Part shown: piece after piece, positions 12,760 through 23,705 of the stretch
How the letters are laid out: the number at the start of each line of letters is the position of its first letter
How positions within the stretch are numbered: position 1 is the stretch's first letter
Source: Sphaerodactylus townsendi
Lineage: Eukaryota
Direction of reading: 5' to 3'
DNA length: 64,000 nucleotides
Assembly (NCBI RefSeq): GCF_021028975.2
Contig: NC_059430.1
Location: 51,522,001-51,586,000, forward strand
The notes under the pieces: model-generated
The model's database searches: none
Told to the model about the DNA's origin: nothing
The model's input: the letters and a program-made list of their open reading frames with translations, nothing else
Position numbers and translations under genes: made by a program

Positions 12760-13470
12760 AAGTCTAGCAACTGATTTAGCTCATAAATACTCAAGAATAA
12801 CTATTCATTATTTGTGGGATATCCACTGTATTCTTATGTAAGGTTGATCTAGAACCTCTGTCCCCCAAACAGATATGAAAATCCCAGAGACAGTGAAAAT
12901 GTTCCTCCTTTGTGGGAAGTCCACATCATTGCCATCTCAATAATGACATTATTTATTGGGAAAAGAAAATAACATCTATAATTGACAAATTAACGTAGAA
13001 ACTGAGAAACAATCCAGAGAAATGTAATAAAACTTGGAACTTATTTTTAAAATATCTGAATAACTAAAAACACACTTCTGAAATATAATGTACAAACTTT
13101 AATTTAATTGATATTAGATGTGTTGTTTGTCCTAATGATTAATTCGATTTGTTATCTGATTGTCTTCGAACATGAATGGCTGATGATAATTTGAAGATAT
13201 AGTTAATGAACACTTGAATTTTTTATTTTGATACAACAAAATATTAAATTTTAAATATAAGGTAATGAACAAGCTGAATTTTTATATAAGAAATTAGGTA
13301 TTTATTGTCAGTTAATAATCTGATTAAGTATTTTACACATATTTAATGTATATTATATTTACAATCAAATCTAATGTTTATGAATACTTTTCATAGCTAT
13401 GTAAATAATTGTTACTCTTTTTTCTTCCCTATTCTGTAATGTTTATACTCAAAAATTAATAAAATGTATA
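12760..13470 (+). mobile_element. L1/Tx1-type LINE 3' end with AT-rich 3' UTR
   Basis: WEKKITSIIDKLT*KLRNNPEKCNKTWNLFLKYLN (L1 ORF2 C-terminal DKLT...W..F..YL motif), then AT-rich UTR ending aataaaa. Confidence 0.7.
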
Positions 13471-14444
13471 TAATGCTGTATTGAATTTAATGTAAAATGT
13501 ATTGTTAAATAAATAGATAGGAAAAAATAATGGTATTATTTTTGTATTTATTTTTTACAACAGTTACATCTAACCTCTCTGACCACTTAGGATCTCCATT
13601 CTAAGCAAGTGGGGGCAAAAAAAACCCTTCAATCACTTGACTTTCTTTCTATAGTTTTGAACTGCTAGATGCAAGTTCTGGGATGGATTTGCAACAGAAA
13701 TCCATCTCTAGTGAGATCAAATTATAGACCAGAATCATTATCCATCTTTCTATAGAACTGCTGTAAGTTTGAGGGCTCAATCCTGCAAATACTGATGGCT
13801 TTGGGAGGTCAGCTGTGGAGGAAAGGGGAATTTGTTCATACAGTTTTGTCTTAGCTGTTTTAACTAGAGATTCTTTCTGTGACAAAGCGGACACCATTCC
13901 AGCAGTAGTCCTGGACTGAAGTTATGCAACACTTTAAGAAAATAGATCCTGATGATCAAGCTGAGTTCTATGTAAAGACATGACTATCGCACAACAGCGG
14001 TGTGAAAAGGGATTGTGTGGAAAGAAATTCCTTAAAAGTTACTGCTTCCTCTACAGTTCTCTTTGTAAATATTTAAGTAAATATTCATGGTAAGACAAAT
14101 AACTTGACATCACAAAACCCTTTTCATTTTTTTTTCATTTTTCATATTCAACTGTATTTTTGTAGTCTGTCTCTTTTTAACAACAATAATACCTCAAGCC
14201 AAGCTATGGCTGTCCTGAACATTTTAATGAAGAATTAAAATCTCCTTGCTTTCTGGAACTATTTGGCTTTTTCCTGTTTGGTATTTCCCACAATGCAGGG
14301 ATCTCCACTATTTCCTATCACAAGGGGCTAACTCATCACTCCTAGCATCAAAATAAACTAACATAAATGGACTAGTTGAAGACTTCACAATTATGACAAG
14401 GTACCAGGACACAAGACTTATCATCTCAGTGAATCTCAGACGTT

Positions 14445-14608
14445 NNNNNNNNNNNNNNNNNNNNNNNNNNNNNNNNNNNNNNNNNNNNNNNNNNNNNNNN
14501 NNNNNNNNNNNNNNNNNNNNNNNNNNNNNNNNNNNNNNNNNNNNNNNNNNNNNNNNNNNNNNNNNNNNNNNNNNNNNNNNNNNNNNNNNNNNNNNNNNNN
14601 NNNNNNNN
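14445..14608. other. Assembly gap
   Basis: Run of N. Confidence 1.
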
Positions 14609-15200
14609 CAGCACACAGGCACAAAGTTAAAGAAGAGAAAGAAATTTTTGAAATCAGACCCTTCAATCTCTAAATCCTTTCAAATTCCTGAAGCACATTA
14701 GCTTTACTACTGCATGATGTGCGCGGTAGTATTTCCCCTAATGAAATCTGACTAGAAGTTTAAATGAGTTTAATGCATGAAATGTATAAATAAAATGTGG
14801 CCTTGATTAAATTTAGACTTGATACATAACTTAAATGGGTAGCACAAGAGCAGCTTCAGTATCATATATCCAGCCTATTTTTGACCATGCACTGTTAAAA
14901 GGAACTTGGATTTTTACATTCCACATACCTTCCAATAAGAAGACAACATAATGGAAAGGGCCCTGTCCAACACAGCATGCTATCACTCTGTTCACAGTCA
15001 CGTAGATGTCTTCTGTTATTTCCTCTTGCTTGGAGAAATAATATCAAGTTCTAAATATATATCAAACTTTTTTTAAGGAAAAAGGAGGGTTTAAGAGGGG
15101 TCTCCAAAATGCCATCATTAAGGAACCAATAGAAGCAGCACCATTCCTTTGCCAATTTTCCCATATTTCTTCTGTTATATACCAGACCCTTGACCTAGCA

Positions 15201-15709
15201 CAGTGATAGCGAACCTTTTTGAGACCGAGTGCCCAATTGCAACCCAAAACCCACTTATTTGTAGCAAAGTGCCAACACGGCAATTTAACCTGAATACTGA
15301 GGTTTTAGTTTAGAAAAAAACAATTGACTCTGAGGCATGCGTTACTCAGGAGTAAGCTTGGTGGTAGTTGGTGGCTTTGCTTTGAAGCAACCGTGAAACT
15401 CTTCCAATGGGTGAATCATGACCCTTCGAGGGTTTACTCAGAAGCAAGCCCCATTGCCAGCAACCGAGCTTACTCCCAGGTAAAGGATCGCGCTTTAGTT
15501 TTTTGCATGAAACTCAGTGGGGTTTAACAGCGCTTAACAGGGTTACCTACACTGCTTCCCCAAAACTAGGTCTTAGGTTTAATACTAATAATTGAGCCCA
15601 GCAGCCCAGGCCAGCCTAAATGTATGGGGGGGCACTCCGTTTGCAGGTGCCCACAGAGAGGGCTCTGAGTGCCACCTCTGGCACCCATGCCACAGGTTCA
15701 CCACCACTG
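15201..15709. mobile_element. Non-autonomous hAT MITE (CAGTGATGGCGAACC family), copy 1
   Basis: TIR cagtgatagcgaacc...ggttcaccaccactg; perfect TSD acctagca (15193-15200 / 15710-15717); closely similar to 27383-27893. Confidence 0.95.
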
Positions 15710-16521
15710 ACCTAGCAGTACCATTTCAGAGGATGAAAGTATTTCACTTTCCATGTCCATTAAATTGCTTGCATGTTTCCAAATGCTGCAGCTTAAAGGA
15801 CCACCTTTATGTCTCATATGATAAAACAGACCATCTTGATTGATAATAATTGTGGGTACCACATGGAAACCTGTGATGGATATTGTCCAACTTGCCACAA
15901 ACAGATATATAGACATATTGGTATAGCTCCAGTACCAAATAAAGACACGAGGCCATAGCATGGGTTTAACTAGTTTATTTAAGACAACTGACCTATGTCA
16001 TCAATTAAGTATGATAACATTTACTTGAGGGCAGGCTGCACTAGGCAGCCTTCTGTTTTGGAAATCCATTCTGGTGCCAAACTCAGCCAGCAGCTACCAC
16101 TGGCCTCGTTTGTCACTGTCCGCATATGCTATGCGAAGAGGTATCCAGCCCCATCCCTCTTTCCTGATGCACCATGAAGCCACTGCCAAATTAGGGAAGA
16201 AGCCCGAAAATTCCTGCTTAGTTCAAATGGTGATGAGCTAATCCTGTGATTTTCAAAGGAGGGTGGGTGGGTCCATAACAGGAGATAAAAGCTGTCTCAA
16301 GAAGGAGATACAGCAATACAAGTTTCTCCTTCCATCCTTCTCATTGGATGACAGACATTTACTTACAGCCAGTCTGGCCTCATGTTTTATTCATCTTGGA
16401 CTTACAGGCTATGGATGCCTCTTCTCACAATTACAGTCAGTGTCTAAGTTTTCACACACACCGTATGAAATGTTCTTAAAGGTTGTGTTCCATTCTTGTA
16501 TGCTGTATTCGTTTACTTCAT

Positions 16522-16915
16522 GGCCCTTTCCGTACGGGCCTTTTACAGTGCCCTAGGGACAGCAAAAAATGCCGTCCCTAGGGAGCTGTTCGCATGGGGG
16601 TGAAGCTGCATTGCAGCCGTGCCACCCTCGCTCCCCCCAGCGGCGCAAAGCCGCTGTTTCCAAGGTTTTCTGGAAACACCAGCTGGAAGGTGCCATCCCC
16701 CCTTTTCCGATTAACTTACCTTCCCTGCGACCTTCCGGCACGTCCCCGAGGCCTGGGGACACGCCCCCCTGCCCTGCAACTCCAGAGCGGTCGCGCAGGG
16801 CAGGGGGACGTGTCCCCTGGCCTGGGCGATGCGCCGGAAGGTCACAGGGAAGGTAAGTCGATTGGGCGATGGCGCAGCGCTGCGCTGTCTTCCCTGTCTT
16901 TACCGGGACTGTTCG
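16522..16915. mobile_element. PIF/Harbinger-like MITE, left part, with ~145-bp internal palindrome
   Basis: Starts ggccctttccgtacgg; arms ~16714-16777 and ~16793-16857 are near-perfect reverse complements; homologous to 4660-4851. Confidence 0.7.
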
Positions 16916-18004
16916 TACTTTGGATTAATGATGTGGAAGAATAGCATTAGTGTCTTACAATAAGTTATTAACAGTTCAGAGCAAACTTCAGCAGTTGCAG
17001 TGTGTGAAATGGCTGGATATGTAGATAAATGATGTCTTAGAATTCATGCATATACAATACTGCCAAATGTATCTATAACTTGCTCTGTGATTTAACTTTA
17101 AAAACCATAGCACTCACTACTGTCATGATTAGTGGAAATAAGAATATTAATACAGCAATAAGAGCAGCATGGTGTGTAAGATAGTGTATTTTCCCACTGG
17201 TTATGATTGAAAGCATGCAACAACTTTGTTTCCCCAGTGAAGTCATGATTCATTGTTATCATGTAAATTTGGTGGAAGGAATTTTTCAAAAAGTTTAATG
17301 GCCCGAAAATATCTATTCCATTCTGAAAACAAACCTCTTTTCATAGTCACTTTATTGTCTGTGGACATTCTATCCCTAGTAAACTTGCATATTTTCCTTA
17401 AATAATAAAAGTATCCCTATGATTATTTGTTAGAATTTTATGGCACAATAGAAACAAGTAGTAATTGTTAAATAAAAAGATATGATGCTCACAATGGTTA
17501 GCAGTCACATTTTAAAGATATTCCCCTAGAATTCGCCCACTTCTGAAAATACTGAAGTCTGTAAAATTGGACTTAAAAATTCAGTCCTTCAAATATGATC
17601 CTTCTGTCAGGACCTGGAATAAATTAAACTGATGTACGTTATTTTTAAAGAAAGGAAAAATATGTGAAGCATTTTTAAAGCCTGAAGGCAGAGGACAAAA
17701 CAAGTTAAGCAGGTGATACAAACCATCTTATTTTCATTCTAATAATGGTTTTTCCGCTTCCATATGGGGACATGGACTGGAAATAATTCATTGAAATACA
17801 AACGGAATGAGACAAAATAAAACAATCTAAATCACTCTCTTCTTACAATATCAGCTGAGCTGCTGTAGCTAAGAATTTTTTGGTTTTTCTTTACATTTGC
17901 TTTGTAGAACAGACGTAAAAGCAGCACACTCACACGCATCACGTAGACGCAGACTGCCAAAAAGCACTTACCCGATCCAGCAGTCCATACAGTAAAGATA
18001 ACCT

Positions 18005-18680
18005 TTATTTATTTATTATGTCCAGTGCTTAATAGCCAGTTTTCAACAGTTTGCAAGATGGTTTAAAATTACTGAAAAATAACATGTGCTATAAAGCTAA
18101 ATTAATCAAAATAAAATTTAAAAGCAATATAAAAACAGAATCTCTACTAATATCCAAACATTAGATGGAATAAAGGTATTTTCAAATGTTAATAAAAAAA
18201 GTAGGGAAGCATGCAGAAGACTTTCTAGGTCCTAGGAGAAGTACCACACTATTAAGACCCACCCTCTTGGTGGGTCACAAATTTACCTCCCTTAAAAGGT
18301 GATGGGAAGGGGGAGAATTATAGGCAAAAAGCTACCTTTTGATATCTGAGACCTAGCCCATATAGAGTATTAAAGGCCAACAATATCTAAAACCAATTGT
18401 TAAACCTTGTGAAGTATGTCAAATGGGAGGGTTTACTTGTTTTTCAGATCTGTTCTTGTGATCAGATAATCAGTTGTACTCTGAACCATAAAGAACCATT
18501 GCAGTATACTCAGCGGTAATCCAGTCTAGAAATGACCAAGACATAAATGAAGTCAATTGGCCTCTATATTCTACTGTGAATGACATTAATCTGATAAAAG
18601 GGACTTCTCACAGCAGAAAATCCAAAGCAATGCCAATGAAGTCCAGGATAACCACAGGCAACTACCAGGTGCAAATCACA
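18005..18680 (-). mobile_element. Decayed L2-type LINE 3' portion
   Basis: taatccagtctagaaatgacc is the reverse complement of VISRLDY; tttatttatttatt tail at ~18005. Confidence 0.6.
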
Positions 18681-19595
18681 TGTGGGACATTAATCAAATC
18701 ACAACTCTATAACTTATGTCAAAACTTCCACTGAAAAGGACCAAGAAAAGATCTGCATGTCTAAGGTTGGTTTGGCCATCTTCATATGGTGCTTTCCTCA
18801 ATACAAATAATATCTTGCAATCTTCCAAAGTGTATTTATTATAAAAATCATTCCAGGACACCGTTATCATATGCACATGGTAGTCTTTAAACCATACACA
18901 CTTTATCACCATCCTCACAGAAACCTGCTGATGACATAATGATAGATGAATACAGTATGATACTAGATTTCTTTGAAATGTAAGTAGTTTTATTGATGAT
19001 TTGTATTATCTATGAAAATAGTCCTGTCAGTAAAGTATTACTTTGGTTTAGACCAACCCAGGGGCGTAACGAGCTCTCAGTATATTTTTTCTAACCCCAA
19101 TTTGTCAATGCACTCCTAATGATGCTTAGACAGAGATGTGTACATGAGATTTGCAGTTCTCGATATTGTGATGGTGTGAAACATCACACATGAGGACACT
19201 GTCATAATATTTGAAATTTCTTCTTATTGTGACATACCATCTTCACTAACCACTGTGATTGTGGAGTGAAAAGTATGAAGGTGCATATTTCTTCCCAAAT
19301 ACTCTCAGAGGCAGTTTTATGCTGATCCTTCTCAGACAATTAGTAGTAAAAGACTGTAGGATTGGGGAAGGTATTCCTTGTGTAGTATAACCCACAGAAG
19401 AGCTGAGAATAGAAGACAACTTAAAACTAATCTGTTGTTGTTTGGAGTACTTTTTTGCTGCATAGCATTCCACACTTCCCTCCCTGTAGTAACAATATGG
19501 AATTTAGCCAGTGGCTTTCCAATCAAGCTGGAATTTTTGGCCATGGCATAGTCCATTTTTCACCTGTTTCACATTTGGGGAAGGGCGGTGGCTCA

Positions 19596-19917
19596 GAAGA
19601 AGAAGAAGTTGAAGAAGTTGAAGTTGAAGAAGTTGGAGTTGAAGTTGAAGTTGAAGAAGTTGAAGTTGTTGAAGAAGGTGAAGTTGAAGTTGTTGAAGGA
19701 GTTGAAGTTGTTGAAGAAGTTGAAGAAGTTGAAGTTGTAGTTGTTGAAGTTGTAGTTGTTGAAGTTGTTGAAGTTGTTGAAGTTGAAGTTGTTGAAGTTG
19801 AAGTAGTTGTTGAAGTTGTTGAAGTTGAAGTTGAAGAAGTTGTTGAAGTTGAAGAAGTTGTTGAAGTTGAAGAAGTTGAAGAAGAAGAAGTTGTTGTTGC
19901 TGTTGTTGTTTTTGTTG
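19596..19917. repeat. Compound (GAA/GTT)n triplet microsatellite (SINE tail)
   Basis: ~107 in-phase triplets, nearly all GAA or GTT with rare GTA/GGA/GGT. Confidence 0.97.
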
Positions 19918-20190
19918 TATCATCCCTTTCTCTCCTGTAAGGAGACTCAAAAAGGCTTGCAAACTCCTTTCCCTTCCCCCCTCACAACAAACACCCTGTG
20001 AGGTACGTAGGGCTGAGAGAGCTCAGAAGAACTGTGCCTAGGCCAAGGTCACCCAGCGGGCGTGTGTTAGAGGGCACAAGCTAACCTGAATTCCTCAGAT
20101 AAGCCTCCGCAGCTCAAGTGGCACAGCAGGGACTCAAACCTGATTCTTCCAGATTAGAGTACACCTGCTCTTAACCACTATGCCACTGCT
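19597..20190 (-). mobile_element. Squam3-like SINE with hyper-expanded tail
   Basis: Body 19915-20190 matches the other Squam3 copies; TSD gctcag (19591-19596 / 20191-20196). Confidence 0.9.
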
Positions 20191-20558
20191 GCTCAGTAGA
20201 AGAACTTTTGCTTTTCATGTAGAATTTCCAGGTTCAATCCCTGGCATCTTTATTTAAACTGATCAGGTAGAAGGTAGAGTGAAAGACCTCTGCCAAAGAT
20301 TTTGGAGAGCCAGTGCTAATCTGGCTAAACTTAATGGACCAATGGTCTGATTCATAATATGGCAGTTTTGTGTACATTTATGTACTGTATGTGGTTTGGG
20401 GATTGAGTTAAATAACTGGGCCTGATTCTGAGGGTTTGGTGCGGACCTAACTGAGATTGACGGATTTGTGTGGATGCTAGTTCCTTAATTAGATTAGCAA
20501 GCTGCCTAAGGCATCCAATGTTATGGATGTCGTGTGTTCCCCCAAGACTAAAAAAGGA

Positions 20559-20849
20559 NNNNNNNNNNNNNNNNNNNNNNNNNNNNNNNNNNNNNNNNNN
20601 NNNNNNNNNNNNNNNNNNNNNNNNNNNNNNNNNNNNNNNNNNNNNNNNNNNNNNNNNNNNNNNNNNNNNNNNNNNNNNNNNNNNNNNNNNNNNNNNNNNN
20701 NNNNNNNNNNNNNNNNNNNNNNNNNNNNNNNNNNNNNNNNNNNNNNNNNNNNNNNNNNNNNNNNNNNNNNNNNNNNNNNNNNNNNNNNNNNNNNNNNNNN
20801 NNNNNNNNNNNNNNNNNNNNNNNNNNNNNNNNNNNNNNNNNNNNNNNNN
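20559..20849. other. Assembly gap
   Basis: Run of N. Confidence 1.
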
Positions 20850-21816
20850 CCTATGGTCTATTAAATTTTATATAGTATATATTTTATATTATATATATAT
20901 ATTATATTATATATATGGTCCTCCTACATCTAAATATGGTCCTCCTACACCACTAAATGTTTCAGAATCACCCTTATTCTTGGAAAGTTTTGTTGAATCA
21001 ATGAAAAAAATGAAACTTACAATATTTGTTTATAAATGTTTGATGTTAATTAATAAATATAATATATACATTCTCAGGAAAAATAGAATATGCAGAGTCT
21101 CAGGAATGAATAGTATAAAAACATAGATCACCCTATTTTGCAAAAGCAATGGGATATTGCCCTAAATTTGATACCTGTTCTTTCTATGGATCTTAAGCTG
21201 CAACTCATTCTACAAAAAAAAAATGTTTAGTATATATACCAGATGCCACAACTTTTTAGTAAGGAGTTAATTAACAGTGTCTAATTATTGGCACTGTATT
21301 TTATAAGACTTCTCTCTTAAACCTACGGTTTAGCCTGTCCAACTATTTGGTAGACAGATTTGGTAGAATATTCATTAATCTTTCATTAATATTCATTAAT
21401 TAATCTTTGGGGGTCCCAGGCCCTTAAGAGCTTTAAAGGTAAGATCCATGCCTAACTGGTAGAAATTCTGTGAGTGGACTGCTTATTGCTTAATTAGATT
21501 GGTAAGCAACCTATAGCATCCAAGGATAGATGAAGGTACCCAGTCAGTCACTGAAAGCTACACAATCCCAGAGGTTTGTGGGGATTAATGCCTTGGTGCT
21601 GCACATCAGTTATCACCTTTATAAATCATGATATAATAGGATGAGGTTGATGGGCAATATTCCTCTGCACATGTTTAATGCAAGCAAGGATGAGGAGGTC
21701 ATGTTAAACTTGGAGCCCAAGTGATAACAAACTCAATGGCAGCTTCCTTGGGAATCTTCAGAATGGAAGGATTGAATTTACTGGCCTGTTCATATTCTAA
21801 CTAATAAACCCTAGTT

Positions 21817-21875
21817 TAAGTCAGCTCTGCTGTCTAGTGTCTTCATTAAGTCAGCTCTGTTGTCTAGTGTCTTCA
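21817..21875. repeat. Two-copy ~30-bp tandem duplication
   Basis: taagtcagctctg(c/t)tgtctagtgtcttca x2. Confidence 0.9.
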
Positions 21876-22130
21876 GACATGGCTTACCTGAAAATGAATT
21901 TTAAATATTATGGCAGCAGGCAAAGTACTGATCACAGGAGTTCTATTTTAACATCATTCCAGGGCAAAATTATCATGATTTCTAGCACATGTTTTCATAA
22001 AAAGTAAAATGGGAATCTTTTTGATTAATTTAAGGATAGCATTATGGAATAATTGGCATGTGATAACATTTACCCACCTATCTATGAAAATAGTCCTGTC
22101 AGTAAAGTATTACTTTGGTTTAGACCAACC

Positions 22131-23205
22131 CAGGGGCGTAACGAGGCATCCCTGGGCAAACTGTAGCCCTGGGCAAAACCTGAGTTGGATGCCCCCCCCC
22201 CCATGGGCGGCCACTCCACCACAACCAAATTTTTTTTTGCACCAGGACATTGGTGCCTGCAGGGGGTGCATTTTTAGACATATCAGCACCAATATTTCAG
22301 CGTATCATCAGGAGACTGTCTTTATGCTACTCCCCAGGTTTGGACAGCAATACAGAAAACTCAATGCAGAACAAAGATTCTTGGGCAAATTTCTGGGATG
22401 TTCCTGCAGGGGGCGCATTTTTGGATGTATTGGCACCAGAATTTCAGGGTATCATCTGGAAACTGTCCTTATGGTGCCCCCAAAGTTTGGTGCAGTTTGG
22501 TTTAGGGGGTCCAAAGTTATGGACTTCAAAGGGGGTGCCCCATCCCCAATTCTTTGCTAAGGAGATGGGGGCTACCCTTTGAGGGTCCATAACTTTGGAC
22601 CCCCTGAACCAAACTGCACCAAACTTGGGGGGCGCCATCATCTCCAGATGATACCCTGAAATTTTGGTGCCGATACATCCAAAAATGCACCCCCTGCAGG
22701 AACATCCTATAAATTTGCCCAAGTATCTTTGTGCTGCATTGAGTTTTCTGCATTGCTGTCCATGGGGGTTGCAGGCTGTGGGGGGCACATTTCTGAAGGC
22801 ACAGTCTAAAAACTTTTAGGGTCTCATCAGAAGACTGCTCTAATGATACCCCCCAAGTTTGGTGCAGTTTGGTTCAGGGGGGCCAAAGTTATGGACCCTC
22901 AAAACTGTAGCCCCCATCTCCTATTAGCTCCCATTGGAAACAATGGGGGATAGGGGCACCCCCTTTGGGAGTCCATAACATTGGACTCCCTGAACCAAAT
23001 CTCACCAAACTTGGGGGGTAGCATAAGGACAGTCTTCTGATGATACACTGAAAATTTGGTGCCACTAGCCTAAAAACTGCGCCCCCTGCAGGCCAAAAAT
23101 GGAAAACCACTAAAATACCCAAAAACGAACCCAGCATTTTGATGCCCCCCACAAGGTGATGCCCTGGGCAGCTGCCCACCTTGCCCAATGGGCATTATGC
23201 CAGTG
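22131..23205. mobile_element. Non-autonomous hAT (Tip100-like ends) with foldback internal repeats
   Basis: Imperfect TIR caggggcgtaacg / cattatgccagtg; TSD gaccaacc (22123-22130) / taccaacc (23206-23213); ~190-bp inverted arms ~22341-22535 vs ~22575-22762. Confidence 0.85.
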
Positions 23206-23299
23206 TACCAACCACTGTTCACAATATAAATATGAACACTTTTAAAATATTCTTCCTCATGTTGGATCCTCTGGAGTTAAAATTAAGGAACAATTATAA

Positions 23300-23705
23300 A
23301 AAGGGGAAGCCTTCCCAACAGCTTCAAGAAGACTGTTCTGTCAAATAGGATCAACAGCTGAAAAAGGTCATCCTTATTAACCTAAAGGAGGGAATATGCA
23401 ATAGATGTTGGTCTGAGGAACAAATCAGTCTGATAGTGAGATAGGCAGTACTGCAGGGTCCCAAGCAATAATAGCTTTATGGGTAATAGCCAGCACCTTG
23501 AAATGAACTTGAAAACAAATTGACAATCACAGCCAAAACTTCAAAATAATATGTGCCTTTGCTAGTAAGTGGACTGTTGTATTTTGCACCAATTGAAGTT
23601 TCCAAATTGTCTTCAAGGGCAGCCATATGTTGAGCATATTAGAACAGTCCAGCCTTGAGGTTACTGTTGTTGCATGGATCATTCAGCATGGCCAGAGTGT
23701 CTGCC
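23300..23705 (-). mobile_element. L2-type LINE fragment
   Basis: Minus strand: IHATTVTSRLDCSN...LPLKTIWKLQLVQN...FKVLAITHKA. Confidence 0.8.

Larger units (their letters stand above)
19578..20380 (+). mobile_element. Squam2-like SINE split by the Squam3-like insertion
   Basis: gggaagggcggtggctcag|tagaagaac...caggttcaatccctggcatc...gaaagacctctgcc...ggagagcc...atggaccaatggtctgattc. Confidence 0.75.

Noticed and set aside
4660-16915. Two Harbinger-like halves as the ends of one giant element
   Set aside because: Their termini face each other in the wrong order to enclose the intervening DNA, and the overlapping parts are diverged; better explained as independent truncated copies.
19455-19962. 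Poly-E/V and poly-Q/L ORFs (161 and 152 aa)
   Set aside because: Translations of an expanded SINE-tail microsatellite; no gene structure.
22240-23095. CRISPR-like repeated units
   Set aside because: Eukaryotic DNA; units are long, inverted and lack unique spacers.
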